Below, in pieces: positions 24,801 to 34,259 of a stretch of 64,000 nucleotides of DNA (positions are counted from its first letter, which is position 1; the number at the start of each line of letters is the position of its first letter). Both the position numbers and the translations under genes were made by a program. A model generated the notes under the pieces. The model did not search any database, had not been told where the DNA came from, and was given only the letters and a program-made list of their open reading frames with translations. This stretch comes from Leidyana gryllorum EB-2025a (lineage: Eukaryota > Protista > Apicomplexa), in contig JBLWGC010000133.1 in assembly GCA_048772705.1 (NCBI GenBank), forward strand, positions 1 to 64,000, read 5' to 3'.

Positions 24801-26424
24801 ATGTCTTCTATCTACGTCAAGCAGTCCAGCATTCCACAAACTTCCTTGAAGGTAGACAACGATACACTTCAAATGAAGATTAACCGTCATCGTCAGAACG
24901 TGGAGGCGCAAGAGACAAATCTACTAAATGCCAAGAACAGGAAAGCCAAGAATACTATCCGTACTCAGCTCGACAGATTAAGGAACCAAACTATCGATTG
25001 CCACAATTTGATTGTGGATATGTCAATACTGAGTTTGTACGCCACATTACCATTACACATCAGCGTAGGGCACCTGATTTTGGACAGTCTCGTTGACATG
25101 TCGCATGAGATATTCATCACCACGTGCCAAATGACATCGATTTCGAATCATGTGATCCAGTTTGCTAAGGAGGCAACAATTTCTTGTGTCGGAGCAGTCA
25201 CCAACCACGCCACTTTGCGTTGCCGTCACCGCTTACGGCTCTTCGCCGAAAGACTCACTAACTATGGTGAGCTGACAGCCACAACGCTGTGTATTGACGT
25301 CAAAACGACGTTCGCAAATGTGCAGTGCGGCTTAGTCAGGGGGCAGCGGATCGGGATCGAAGCCCCAGCGGTGATCAACGGCATCGATTACTTGATTGAT
25401 GAGAAGGGGCGGAAAGTGAGGTGTTTGCAGGGCAATGTTCCCTCCATTATAGCAACGTCCACAGATACTACATCCGGTGCCTGTTATGTCAAAATCAAAG
25501 CAGCTGATTGTCTTTTGATAGAGTCAGCTTTGTTGGCGGACGGGGATATTGAGTTTCGACGGCATCCCCATTTGAAGGCTGCAGAGTCCACTCGCTTGCA
25601 CCAGAGAGGAATGGTGTATGCTACACGGAGAATCACCTGTGACATGAGAGATCTGTACCTCATGGGACCCAACCTTCTTCATGAACCTTCATTTCTGCTT
25701 GGTGATATCTATTGGGACGATGGAAGATGGCAAACACACGGGGCCCCACGATGCCTCTTGAGGCTGCTCAAACCTGCTGAATTCGATCCGTCGGAGTTTA
25801 TGACAGTACGGTGTCATTGCAACCAACCTGCTCTGTGCGTGGATTGCAGAAAGAGAATCAACAGAGAAGAGCCCGTGAGTACCACTCTCTCTGCAGAGCT
25901 CAAAGAAGTCAACCGTGAGTACCACTCTCTCTGCAGAGCTCAAAGAAGTCAACCGAGCCTGTCTCTACGACATCCGTCCATGCCTCAGAAGACACATGCG
26001 TGGGATGAAGTGCATTGGCAAAATGGTGATGAATGTGCAAAATCTGTATGGCTTGGGTACCGAGGAATTTCAGATCACCGATCAGGCACCCTACAGGCCT
26101 GAAAAGTGGAGATATCGGTGGGTGGCGAAACGGCCCGCAAATGGATGGCATCTCTCAGCATCGGGATTATCTGTCCAACGGAAACGCTGGGTTCGGACAA
26201 CGACCATTGGAGTGGACGATAAATCTTACACGAACTGTCACGCGCTCACGAGTTCCACCTCCATCTTATTACACGACCTGCAACCGGCAGTCCACATGGA
26301 CGTTCCTGTCGCAGAGGTTTTTCACGGCCACTTGGTGTACGGCTTTGTTGAAGAAGCATCTAGAAGGCTACTTCATATGGCCACCATGGCAACAATAGCT
26401 TCCATCAAACAAGATTGGCATTAA
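24801..26424 (+). CDS. Unrecognised protein, paralog A; frameshifted by a 40-bp tandem duplication
   Basis: ORFs 24801-26102 and 25915-26424 together align end to end with ORF 28046-29518 (SSIYV, LTNYGE, GDIEFRR, RGMVYAT, WRYRWV). Confidence 0.75.
25873..25952 (+). repeat. Perfect 2 x 40-bp tandem duplication
   Basis: ccgtgagtaccactctctctgcagagctcaaagaagtcaa at 25873-25912 and 25913-25952. Confidence 0.97.
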
Positions 26425-26488
26425 TGGTACCTGTTAGGAAAGGCGTAAACCTTTGACCCTATGCTGTCCAAAGTATTTTTGGAGACAC

Positions 26489-27870
26489 TCGGAATTTTTG
26501 GGTCCGCGTCAGTCTGAGAAGAAGTGACCGCCAAGACTTCCCATTCCAACCTTTTGTGGACACTTTACGTTTCGAAGACAACGGAGAGACACTGTCGTTG
26601 GTAAACCACAGTGCTTTCCCTTCGAGGCGGCGTGTTTACTGAGGAGATTTTGTTGTTAATTCACTGCCATGCGTTTGTGGAAAAATGGTCGCGGTGGACG
26701 CCAGCGATTCAAGAAAATGCTATCTGAAACTGAAGCTATCGGCTATCTGACGTCTCCGCGCTGTTGACGTAAAGGTTCCATCAGAAGAGATCGAAGAAGT
26801 CATCACCCCACCACAAAGTGATGCCTCTCAATCTCTTCTCAATACGCCAAAAGCGGCAGTGTACCGCTCATCAGCGGTCACTGTCGGGTGGGTTCGCAGT
26901 GGCTCGCTTGAAGCGACCTCGTACCTCACAAGAAGTGGTGGTGGCCACGCTCGTAGCCGTGGTCGCGGGATGATTCATGATCTCCGGCGCCCCGCAGTCG
27001 GGGAACACCACCAACTTCGGTGGGAGGTGAGGCAGGATGGTGGCTGTCGACCGTTTCTTGCGGTCGGCAGCGAAGTGACATATCGCTCCACGCGGCATTT
27101 GCTCTTTGGAGTGCGATGGCAGTTTTGGCGACAATCGATTCAATAGAAGTTGAGGTCGAATTGTCGCGCTCTATTTATCTGAGATTCACTCTGTGAGCGG
27201 AGAGCTCATATGAGGAAAACTGTGGCGGAAACGCTCACAGTTTGACGGAGAAATCCGTCAAAGTCTCGTCGGTCGATCAGATCGGCGGGAGTCTGTCTAC
27301 GAGACAGACATTTGTGTATGTGTTACTTTCGTGTTGATGGACAAACCGATTCATTAAATGTACACATCACACTCCGCTTGCCGTCTCTGTATTGGGAGTG
27401 AGCGTCGCAGATCGCTCACCTCACCGTATCTCGATCCCCACACATTGATAAGTCCCTCGTTGGGGGACCACCTTCGGTATGTCAGAACCTCATTGCTCCT
27501 ACTGAGCAAAGAGGAGCAGAAGCGTTTGTAGTTGTAGCCGACCCTCCTCGCCCGGGGCTCCTCCAATGCCCCGAGGCCGATCTGACGTCCAATTTTCGTC
27601 TGAGACGTGTGGGACCCAATAATGGGAGTGCTGCGACCCACAATTTGTGAGAGCCCACGCAGCGTTTGCCTGAATCCATCTCAGAAGATTCTGAATGGAA
27701 TCGGAGCTGTGCCGTGGCGCAAAACCGTTTAGTGCTCAGCGGCGCTTTGGTCCCCCTTTGGTGTTCGATAGAGTGCTGTCTCCACGATTCCAGGCGATCT
27801 GAATGGCTAATGTTCCGTTTAAGCTCAAATGTAGCGACATCTGACTCTGCCCTGATATCAATCACTCCAT
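26489..27870 (+). ncRNA. Candidate long structured ncRNA, copy L (left arm of inverted repeat)
   Basis: The repeat itself is directly visible. The RNA call is inferred from more than 12 hairpins with G-U pairs on the + strand, GAAA/UUCG loops and pairing-preserving differences from copy R. Confidence 0.65.
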
Positions 27871-28045
27871 TGCTGAGCTCAGAGGCGGAAATGATATATG
27901 TACGCGAGTGAGGAGCTCTGCACTCGTATGATTTAACACTTACTGGAACATTCAGATTACTTCTAGGGGGACCATATTCATTCTGATACAGTGAAACTTT
28001 TACAACGCTTGTTGTCACACTCGAAACATGAAGGAACGGCTGATC

Positions 28046-29518
28046 TCATTTTCGGGCGATGAGGTCACGTACACATTCTTGGGCTCTCAGGGTCCGGGAC
28101 ATGCATGTCATGTTAGTATCTTCGTACAGTGTGTCTCCTTTCAGCAGGTGCTTCATCGCGATCGGAAGCGGCACCGGGGATGAAACCGTCCACCTGACAC
28201 CTGTCTGAGTGCTCAATATGCTGTCCTCGTCATAAATCCACTCATTCGTGCCTGTGGAAGTCTTCAATTCCATGGAGATCAAACTCTCAAGCTCCCACTC
28301 GTCGCCTCCTTCCCGTCTCACCACCCATCGCCACGGCCAATCTCTTGTGCGTTCCGATTTATCGAGTGAGTACACCAAAGGACACACTTGAATGCCGAAA
28401 ACAGCACTGGCCAATAACGATAAGCCATCTTTAGCTTCGATCCCTCTCAGCCGACAAGGATAGGTTCTTTGAATGTCTCGAATTTCTGCAAATCGAACCG
28501 TCTGACAAGAGACGATACTGGGACCTTCACAGACACCGGTGGTCACCCTCCCTTTGGCCTCCACCCCCTGCCAAGGCCATCCCCGATCTTCAATTCCGAC
28601 AATCCCAAGAGCCCAGGGTAACCCCTCCAACGCGGCCAGTCCCGGGACGTACACCTTCGCCATGTCCACGACCACTTGAGTAGTAGAATATACCAAACCT
28701 CGGACCAGCAGACGAGAAGTTGAATGATTATCGTCGAGTCGACGGAATTCGATGTTTCCTTCGGCGAGCACCTCGCCAGTGATGACGCACTCACAACTTT
28801 CAACCACAATCATCGCTGACCCACCGGCATAAGCAGCTGCAATGATCCGCGAGATGCCTTTTGATCGTCTCCTTCCCGCGCGATCGCTGACAAAATCCGT
28901 CCCAATCCATACCCTTTTGGCCTCCAACCGTATGCTCACGCCTATCAGCCTTGCATCGCCCAAGTGTGCGAACGAATCCTTTGTTTTGATGCTGAGACGG
29001 TGAGCGGAGATCTCCCCGTAGTTGGTGAGAGAGAGAAAGTCGAGGCGACCAACCTTTCTTATGCGGAGAGCGCTGTGATTGATAACGCGATTGTTCGTTT
29101 TCAAAGTCGCATCCCCTTCGAACTCCACCACGTGCATCTTCGGCGCAACAATCTGCCCCGCCTCGATGTGGATGCTTGCACTCACCCTGCATGATCTGTC
29201 GACGATCAACTTGCCCACTCTGATTCTCGTTTCCTCGGAGACAAGCGAGGCCAGGAGGGATATGGGGACCGCCGCATTGCTTGCGTCCAGATACGACGCC
29301 TTGAACTCGTGGAATGTTGCGCGTACAGACTTTCGTACTCTCTCCGAAAGTAGACAGCTGCATCGTAGTCTCTCCCGTAGATGAGACAGGTTGCGGTAAT
29401 GCTTTTCTATCAACGATTTGACAGTTTGATCTACTGGTCCCATCTTCCTCGAAGTTGCGGCAGTGACGTAAATCGACGAGTCGCACATGGATACGATTTG
29501 ACTTATAGCTGTTGCCAT
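28046..29518 (-). CDS. Unrecognised protein, paralog B (490 aa, intact, intronless)
   Basis: Long ORF homologous to paralog A. Its beta-rich core has haemagglutinin-repeat-like periodicity (LTNYGEISAHRLSI). Confidence 0.8.
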   Translation of the reverse strand: MATAISQIVSMCDSSIYVTAATSRKMGPVDQTVKSLIEKHYRNLSHLRERLRCSCLLSERVRKSVRATFHEFKASYLDASNAAVPISLLASLVSEETRIRVGKLIVDRSCRVSASIHIEAGQIVAPKMHVVEFEGDATLKTNNRVINHSALRIRKVGRLDFLSLTNYGEISAHRLSIKTKDSFAHLGDARLIGVSIRLEAKRVWIGTDFVSDRAGRRRSKGISRIIAAAYAGGSAMIVVESCECVITGEVLAEGNIEFRRLDDNHSTSRLLVRGLVYSTTQVVVDMAKVYVPGLAALEGLPWALGIVGIEDRGWPWQGVEAKGRVTTGVCEGPSIVSCQTVRFAEIRDIQRTYPCRLRGIEAKDGLSLLASAVFGIQVCPLVYSLDKSERTRDWPWRWVVRREGGDEWELESLISMELKTSTGTNEWIYDEDSILSTQTGVRWTVSSPVPLPIAMKHLLKGDTLYEDTNMTCMSRTLRAQECVRDLIARK

Positions 29519-29671
29519 GGAACGTACGGTATGTAAAAGTAAGTAGTGTGCAAGAGGTGGTCAGCTCCGCTCTTTCGTACAGTTTTTCCACCATACCTGT
29601 CAATTCATCGAGCCGTAGTCTATCGCGCCAGAACGAAACACAGAACAAACTCTTCTCTCACTGAATTATTT

Positions 29672-31047
29672 ATGGAATGATCGATATCAGGGCAGAGTCA
29701 GATGTCGCTACATTCGAGCTGAAACGGAACATTAGCCATTCAGATCGCCGGGAATCGTGGAGACAGCACACTATCGAACACCAAAGGGGGACCAAAGCGC
29801 CGCTGAGCACTAAGCGGTTTTGCGCCACGGCACAGCTCCGATTCCATTCAGAATCTTCTGAAATGAAGTCAGGCAAACGCTGCGTGGACTCTCACCGATT
29901 GTGGGTTGCAGCGCTCCCATTATTGGGTCCCACACGTCTCAGACGAAAATTGGACGTCAGATCGGCCTCGGGGCATTGGAGGAGCCCCGGGCCAGGAGGG
30001 TCGGCTACAACTACAAACGCTTCCGCTCCTCTTTGCTCAGTAGGAGCAATGAGGCTCTGACATACCGAAGGGGGTCCCCCAACAAGGGACTTACCAATGT
30101 GTGGGGATCGAGATACGGTGCGGTGAGCGATCTGCGACGCTCACTCCCTATACAGAGACGGCGAGTGGAGTGTGATGTGTACATTTAATGAATCGGTTTT
30201 GTCCATCAACATGAAAGTAACACATACACAAATGTCTGTCTACGAAACAGACTCCCGCCGATCTGATCGACCGACGAGACTTTGACGGATTTCTCCGTCA
30301 AACTGTGAGCGTTTCCGCCACAGTTTTCCTCATATGAGCTCTCCGCTCACAGAGTGAATATCAGATAAATAACGACAACGACAAACCTTGTTGAGTATAG
30401 ATTCATTGTCGCTTCTGCCATCGCACTCCAAAGAGCAAATGCCGCGTGGAGCGATATGTCACTTCGCTGCCGACCGCAAGAAACGGTCGACAGCCACCAT
30501 CCTGCCTCACCTCCCACCGAAGTTGGTGGTGTTCCCCGACTGCGGGGCGCCGGAGATCATGAATCATCCCGCGACCACGGCTACGAGCGTGGCCACCACC
30601 ACTTCTTGTGAGGTACGAGGTCGCTTCAAGCGAGCCACTGCGAACCCACACGACAGTGACCGCTGATGAGCGGTACACTGCCGCTTTTGGCGTATTGAGA
30701 AGAGATTGAGAGGCATCACTTTGGAGAGGGGTGATGACTTCTTCGATCTCTTCTGATGGAACCTTTACGTCAACAGCGCGGAGACGTCAGATAGCCGATA
30801 GCTTCAGTTTCAGATAGCATTTTGATCAATCGCTGGCGTCCACCGCGACCATTTTTCCACAACGTGTGGCAGTTGGAAGAAGTGACTTCTACTCCGTCAA
30901 CGCTTCGTCTCGAAGGGAAATGACTGTCGTTTGCCAACGGCAGTGTCTCTCCTGCGTCTTCAAAGAGTGAAGTGTTCATTGAACGGCATCAGTGGGAATT
31001 CTTGGCGGTCACTTCTTCTCAGACTGACGCGAGCCCAAAAATTCCGA
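29672..31047 (-). ncRNA. Candidate long structured ncRNA, copy R (right arm of inverted repeat)
   Basis: Reverse complement of 26489-27870 (ends tcggaatttttggg and ccat), with the same stems retained. Confidence 0.65.
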
Positions 31048-31237
31048 TTTTCTGAAATGATTACTCGTGTTAGTGGGGAAAACGTTTTGATTCTTCATTA
31101 TGTATTTGGGGGCGATGGAATTACTGATCTCCAATCTTACGGTTGGAGAAGGCCTTTCCAGCGACACGAGTGTTGTTGTACCGACCAGTCTTGATTTTGT
31201 CTCCCACAAGTCATGCACTTCAACGACGAGTTGGTGT

Positions 31238-32521
31238 TCAACTATAATCTTCTGAGACCAAACGGTCTGCCATTTCCCTGGTTTCCTCTGTTGGTTCTCT
31301 TTGATGTTCCTCTTCCATTTCTACCTCCAACGTCTCTGGATTTCCACTTCTCATATATGCGGTGGTGCCTGCGATTGCTCCGATGGCCAGGAGGCCGGCA
31401 GCTGCACTGCCGATCGCGATGGCAGTGGTGTTATCACCCCCTCCGGTCGGGGGCACTACGGGTGGCAGGATGCTGTCGTCTGTTGATGATGAGGCTCCGG
31501 TCGAAGACGGGAATCCGGTAGAACTAGCCACTCCCGTTGAGCTGACACCACCTGTGGTGGGCTCGACGGCAGGTTCAGAGGTAGACGGGAGAGTTGGTTC
31601 AGTGGTGACAGGAGCAACGGTGGTGGTAGTGGTAGTTGTTGGGGGAACGATCTCCTCAATGGAGCACTCGAGGTCCAGAATGCTATTCTTGATCGCGTCC
31701 ACGAGTCCCGAAGCGCTCATTTCGAAGGGTACAACCAATCCAGTTCCCTTGGGAGTGTGCATCCAACTCTCATCAAAAATGGCCATCTTCCACCAGTGTA
31801 CCAGCTGACTTGTCAGATGCTCAGATATGAGCATCAGCGGGTGCACATCGGCGGCCTGAAGGATGTCGGCCACTTGGCTGATGGGGGGGAAGTCTCCCTG
31901 GAGGGTGCAGTCAATGCCATTAGCCAAATTGGGGTTCGCGGGGCCCGGCAGAGTGGTTGCGAGTTTCCCCTTGGCATCGGTGACGGTCAAGAGAATGCGG
32001 ATAGCATCGTCACGGTCACCAGGCTTGGAATAACCGGCGTCAGAGCCAGCAGAGAAGGCCATGGCTTCGAAGGGGTCTTCGGGATAGTCGCTTCCTCCTG
32101 AAGTCAACCCACTGATCTTCGAGGCAATGGTCCGCACAGCTGCGATATCGTCAGTCATTCGCAATTGCTGCTGATAACATATCAGATTGGGGTAGCGACT
32201 CTGTGGTTTGTCAGCGAAGGTCGCAATGCCCGCCCGGAAGTCAGCAAACTCGGCCGAGAGCTCATCCAAAACTTGGGGGAGTAAACGTCGGCTGTCGACC
32301 AACAAGTTGTTGAAACTGGTCGTGCCATCCTGGAGGATATACAATTCTAACGGCCGAGAACGAGTACAGTTCCGGTCAGCATCGGAACCTGAGCCGGTCC
32401 CAGTGTTGCTGTTGTCCACCATATCCGGATGTCGGGCCAGGAAATCAGCCACTTCTCTCTTATCGGCACTTGTAAGTGCTTGGCCTGCGGCCAAGCCGAT
32501 AACTGGCACCAGCCACTTCAT
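31238..32521 (-). CDS. Integrin-beta I domain type I membrane protein (member 6)
   Basis: PLELYILQDGTTS, FRAGIATFADK, DYPED, TVTDA and DFPP, then stalk, TM and tail LEVEME..SEDYS. Confidence 0.9.
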   Translation of the reverse strand: MKWLVPVIGLAAGQALTSADKREVADFLARHPDMVDNSNTGTGSGSDADRNCTRSRPLELYILQDGTTSFNNLLVDSRRLLPQVLDELSAEFADFRAGIATFADKPQSRYPNLICYQQQLRMTDDIAAVRTIASKISGLTSGGSDYPEDPFEAMAFSAGSDAGYSKPGDRDDAIRILLTVTDAKGKLATTLPGPANPNLANGIDCTLQGDFPPISQVADILQAADVHPLMLISEHLTSQLVHWWKMAIFDESWMHTPKGTGLVVPFEMSASGLVDAIKNSILDLECSIEEIVPPTTTTTTTVAPVTTEPTLPSTSEPAVEPTTGGVSSTGVASSTGFPSSTGASSSTDDSILPPVVPPTGGGDNTTAIAIGSAAAGLLAIGAIAGTTAYMRSGNPETLEVEMEEEHQREPTEETREMADRLVSEDYS

Positions 32522-32640
32522 ATTTCTTCACAAGTCTTGCTGCGAACTAAACGTGTTCCCACACAATGCACATTACATTCACGTCGGCAACATGCATTTT
32601 TCTCCCGCGACCATTTTGTCCTCCACGTGATCCGCCTCGT

Positions 32641-33891
32641 TCAACTGTAATCCTCCGACACCAGACGGTCTCCGAGTTCCCGTGCCTCTTCATCTGCTTC
32701 CTGATGTTGTTCTCCCTCCATCTCGACATCAAGAGGTTCGGGAGTCCGGTTCTTCAGATAGGCCGCAGTTGCAGCCACAGCTGCCACCGCGGCTACGCCG
32801 GCGGCCGCGCTTCCGATTGCAACGGCCGTAGTCTTGTCGCCGCCGCCTTCTTCCGTGGGTGGTGTCACCACCACTCCAGCTGATGAGGACCCGCCACCAG
32901 TGGGCCCCACGGGAGGTTCAGTGGTAAAAGTCGGATCCGTGCTCCCTCCACTCGGGCCGGTTCCAGCTGTGTCTGTGGGGGCGACGGTCGACGGAGTGCC
33001 GGTGGGAGGAGCGACTTCTTCGATGGAGCAGTCTAACTCGAGGATACTGTCACGAATGGCCTGTAAGAGGTTCCCACTATTCATCTGGAACGGCAGCACC
33101 AACCCGGTACCCTTGGGGGTGTTCATCCAGTTCTCGTCAAACACCACCATCTTCCACCAGTGAACGAGTGGATGTGTTCTCTCATCAGAAATTAGCATCA
33201 GAGGATGGATATTCGCCGCCTTCATAATATCTCGTACTTGCGTGATCGGTGGGAAATCAGCGTCAACAGTACAATCAATCCCGTTGGCCAGATTGGGGTT
33301 GTAGGGGCCCGGCAACCGTTCTGCCGTCTTCCCTTTGGCATCCGTGATAACCATCATTATGCGAACGGGTTCTTCAGGCCGTTCTCCCGGCTTGGAGAAT
33401 CCTGCATCCGAACCTGCCGCAAATCCCATCGGATTGAAGGGATCTTCCGGTATGTCGTTTCCGCCGTGAGTGAGTCCTGCGATCGTCGAGGCTGCCGCCC
33501 GCACCGAGGCAATGTCGTCGGTCATTCTCAGGTACTGCCAGTAGCAAATCAGACCTGGAAACTGGACTTGGGGCTTATCGTGGAACACAGCCAGACCAGC
33601 ACGGAAGTCTGGGAACTCTTTCGAGAGGTCGTCTAGCAGCTGGGGAAGCATTGTGCGTACTTCGCCGAGAAGATGCGTGAAACTGTTGGTGCCGTCTTGC
33701 AGGATATACAGCTCCAAAGGCTTGCCTCTCGTGCAACTCGACCCAGAAGAAGATCCAGATCCAGACCCTGCCACAGTGTTGTCCACCATATCGGGATGGC
33801 GGACCAGAAAATCGGCCACTTCGGCTTTATCCTGCTCCGTCAGACCGCCTCCGCCCAACACCAATCCAAGAAAGGGGACCAACCACTTCAT
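32641..33891 (-). CDS. Integrin-beta I domain type I membrane protein (member 7)
   Basis: Close paralog of member 6, with DGTNS and tail LDVEME..SEDYS. Confidence 0.9.
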   Translation of the reverse strand: MKWLVPFLGLVLGGGGLTEQDKAEVADFLVRHPDMVDNTVAGSGSGSSSGSSCTRGKPLELYILQDGTNSFTHLLGEVRTMLPQLLDDLSKEFPDFRAGLAVFHDKPQVQFPGLICYWQYLRMTDDIASVRAAASTIAGLTHGGNDIPEDPFNPMGFAAGSDAGFSKPGERPEEPVRIMMVITDAKGKTAERLPGPYNPNLANGIDCTVDADFPPITQVRDIMKAANIHPLMLISDERTHPLVHWWKMVVFDENWMNTPKGTGLVLPFQMNSGNLLQAIRDSILELDCSIEEVAPPTGTPSTVAPTDTAGTGPSGGSTDPTFTTEPPVGPTGGGSSSAGVVVTPPTEEGGGDKTTAVAIGSAAAGVAAVAAVAATAAYLKNRTPEPLDVEMEGEQHQEADEEARELGDRLVSEDYS

Positions 33892-34259
33892 ATTCTGCTG
33901 TCCACGATCACGCGAGAACACGCTAAACACATTTCAATAGACCCAACATGCAGCCGCGCCTTATCAACAGAGCTTCCACTCAGCCCAACGCCAAGTTATT
34001 GGCGCGAGAACTCGGAGACGCGTCTTGAGGCAAACGAATTCTCACTATATTTGGATATTTGGTTAATGACTCATTTGCGACCGCCACAAGCGGGGGGCTT
34101 CAACTATAATCCGCGGAAACGAACCGACCCCTGCGAGCTCGCGAGCTTCCTTCTCGTTTTCTTGATGACGATCGCCCTCCAACCCAACCACGAGCGGATG
34201 AACGTCAGCTGTTCAAACGGGAGGAAACTCACCAGTCTGAGTGCAGTCGATTCTGTTAA

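Larger units (their letters stand above)
26489..31047. repeat. Long inverted repeat: arms 1382 and 1376 bp, spacer 1801 bp containing ORF B
   Basis: The arms match by direct reading, and the ORF track shows mirror-image ORFs (26859+/30403-, 27354-/29901+). Confidence 0.97.

Noticed and set aside
27543-27551. HDV-like ribozyme (cctcctcgc)
   Set aside because: P3 and P1 cannot be formed, and copy R has cctcctggc.
26489-27870. rRNA, snRNA, RNase P/MRP or self-splicing intron identity
   Set aside because: No universal core motifs were found by eye. The Sm-like aatttttgg lies at the 5' edge rather than near a 3' end.
27482-28018. 178-aa ORF (and mirror ORF 29677-30060) as a real gene
   Set aside because: Many differences between the copies are non-synonymous (L/R, D/K, G/D, R/P), the starts differ, and the ORF is antisense to the strand favoured by G-U pairing.
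30663-30690. Hammerhead core ctgatga plus stem
   Set aside because: No GAAA follows stem II, and it lies on the strand opposite to the inferred RNA.
26489-31047. DNA transposon with long terminal inverted repeats
   Set aside because: The internal ORF shows no DDE, recombinase or RT motifs, there is no target-site duplication, the outer ends are the least conserved part, and the ORF's paralog lies outside the repeats.
15490-33891. Calling the array TRAP/MIC2 orthologues or true integrins
   Set aside because: There is no TSP1 domain or tail Trp, and no EGF/PSI domains or NPxY motif.
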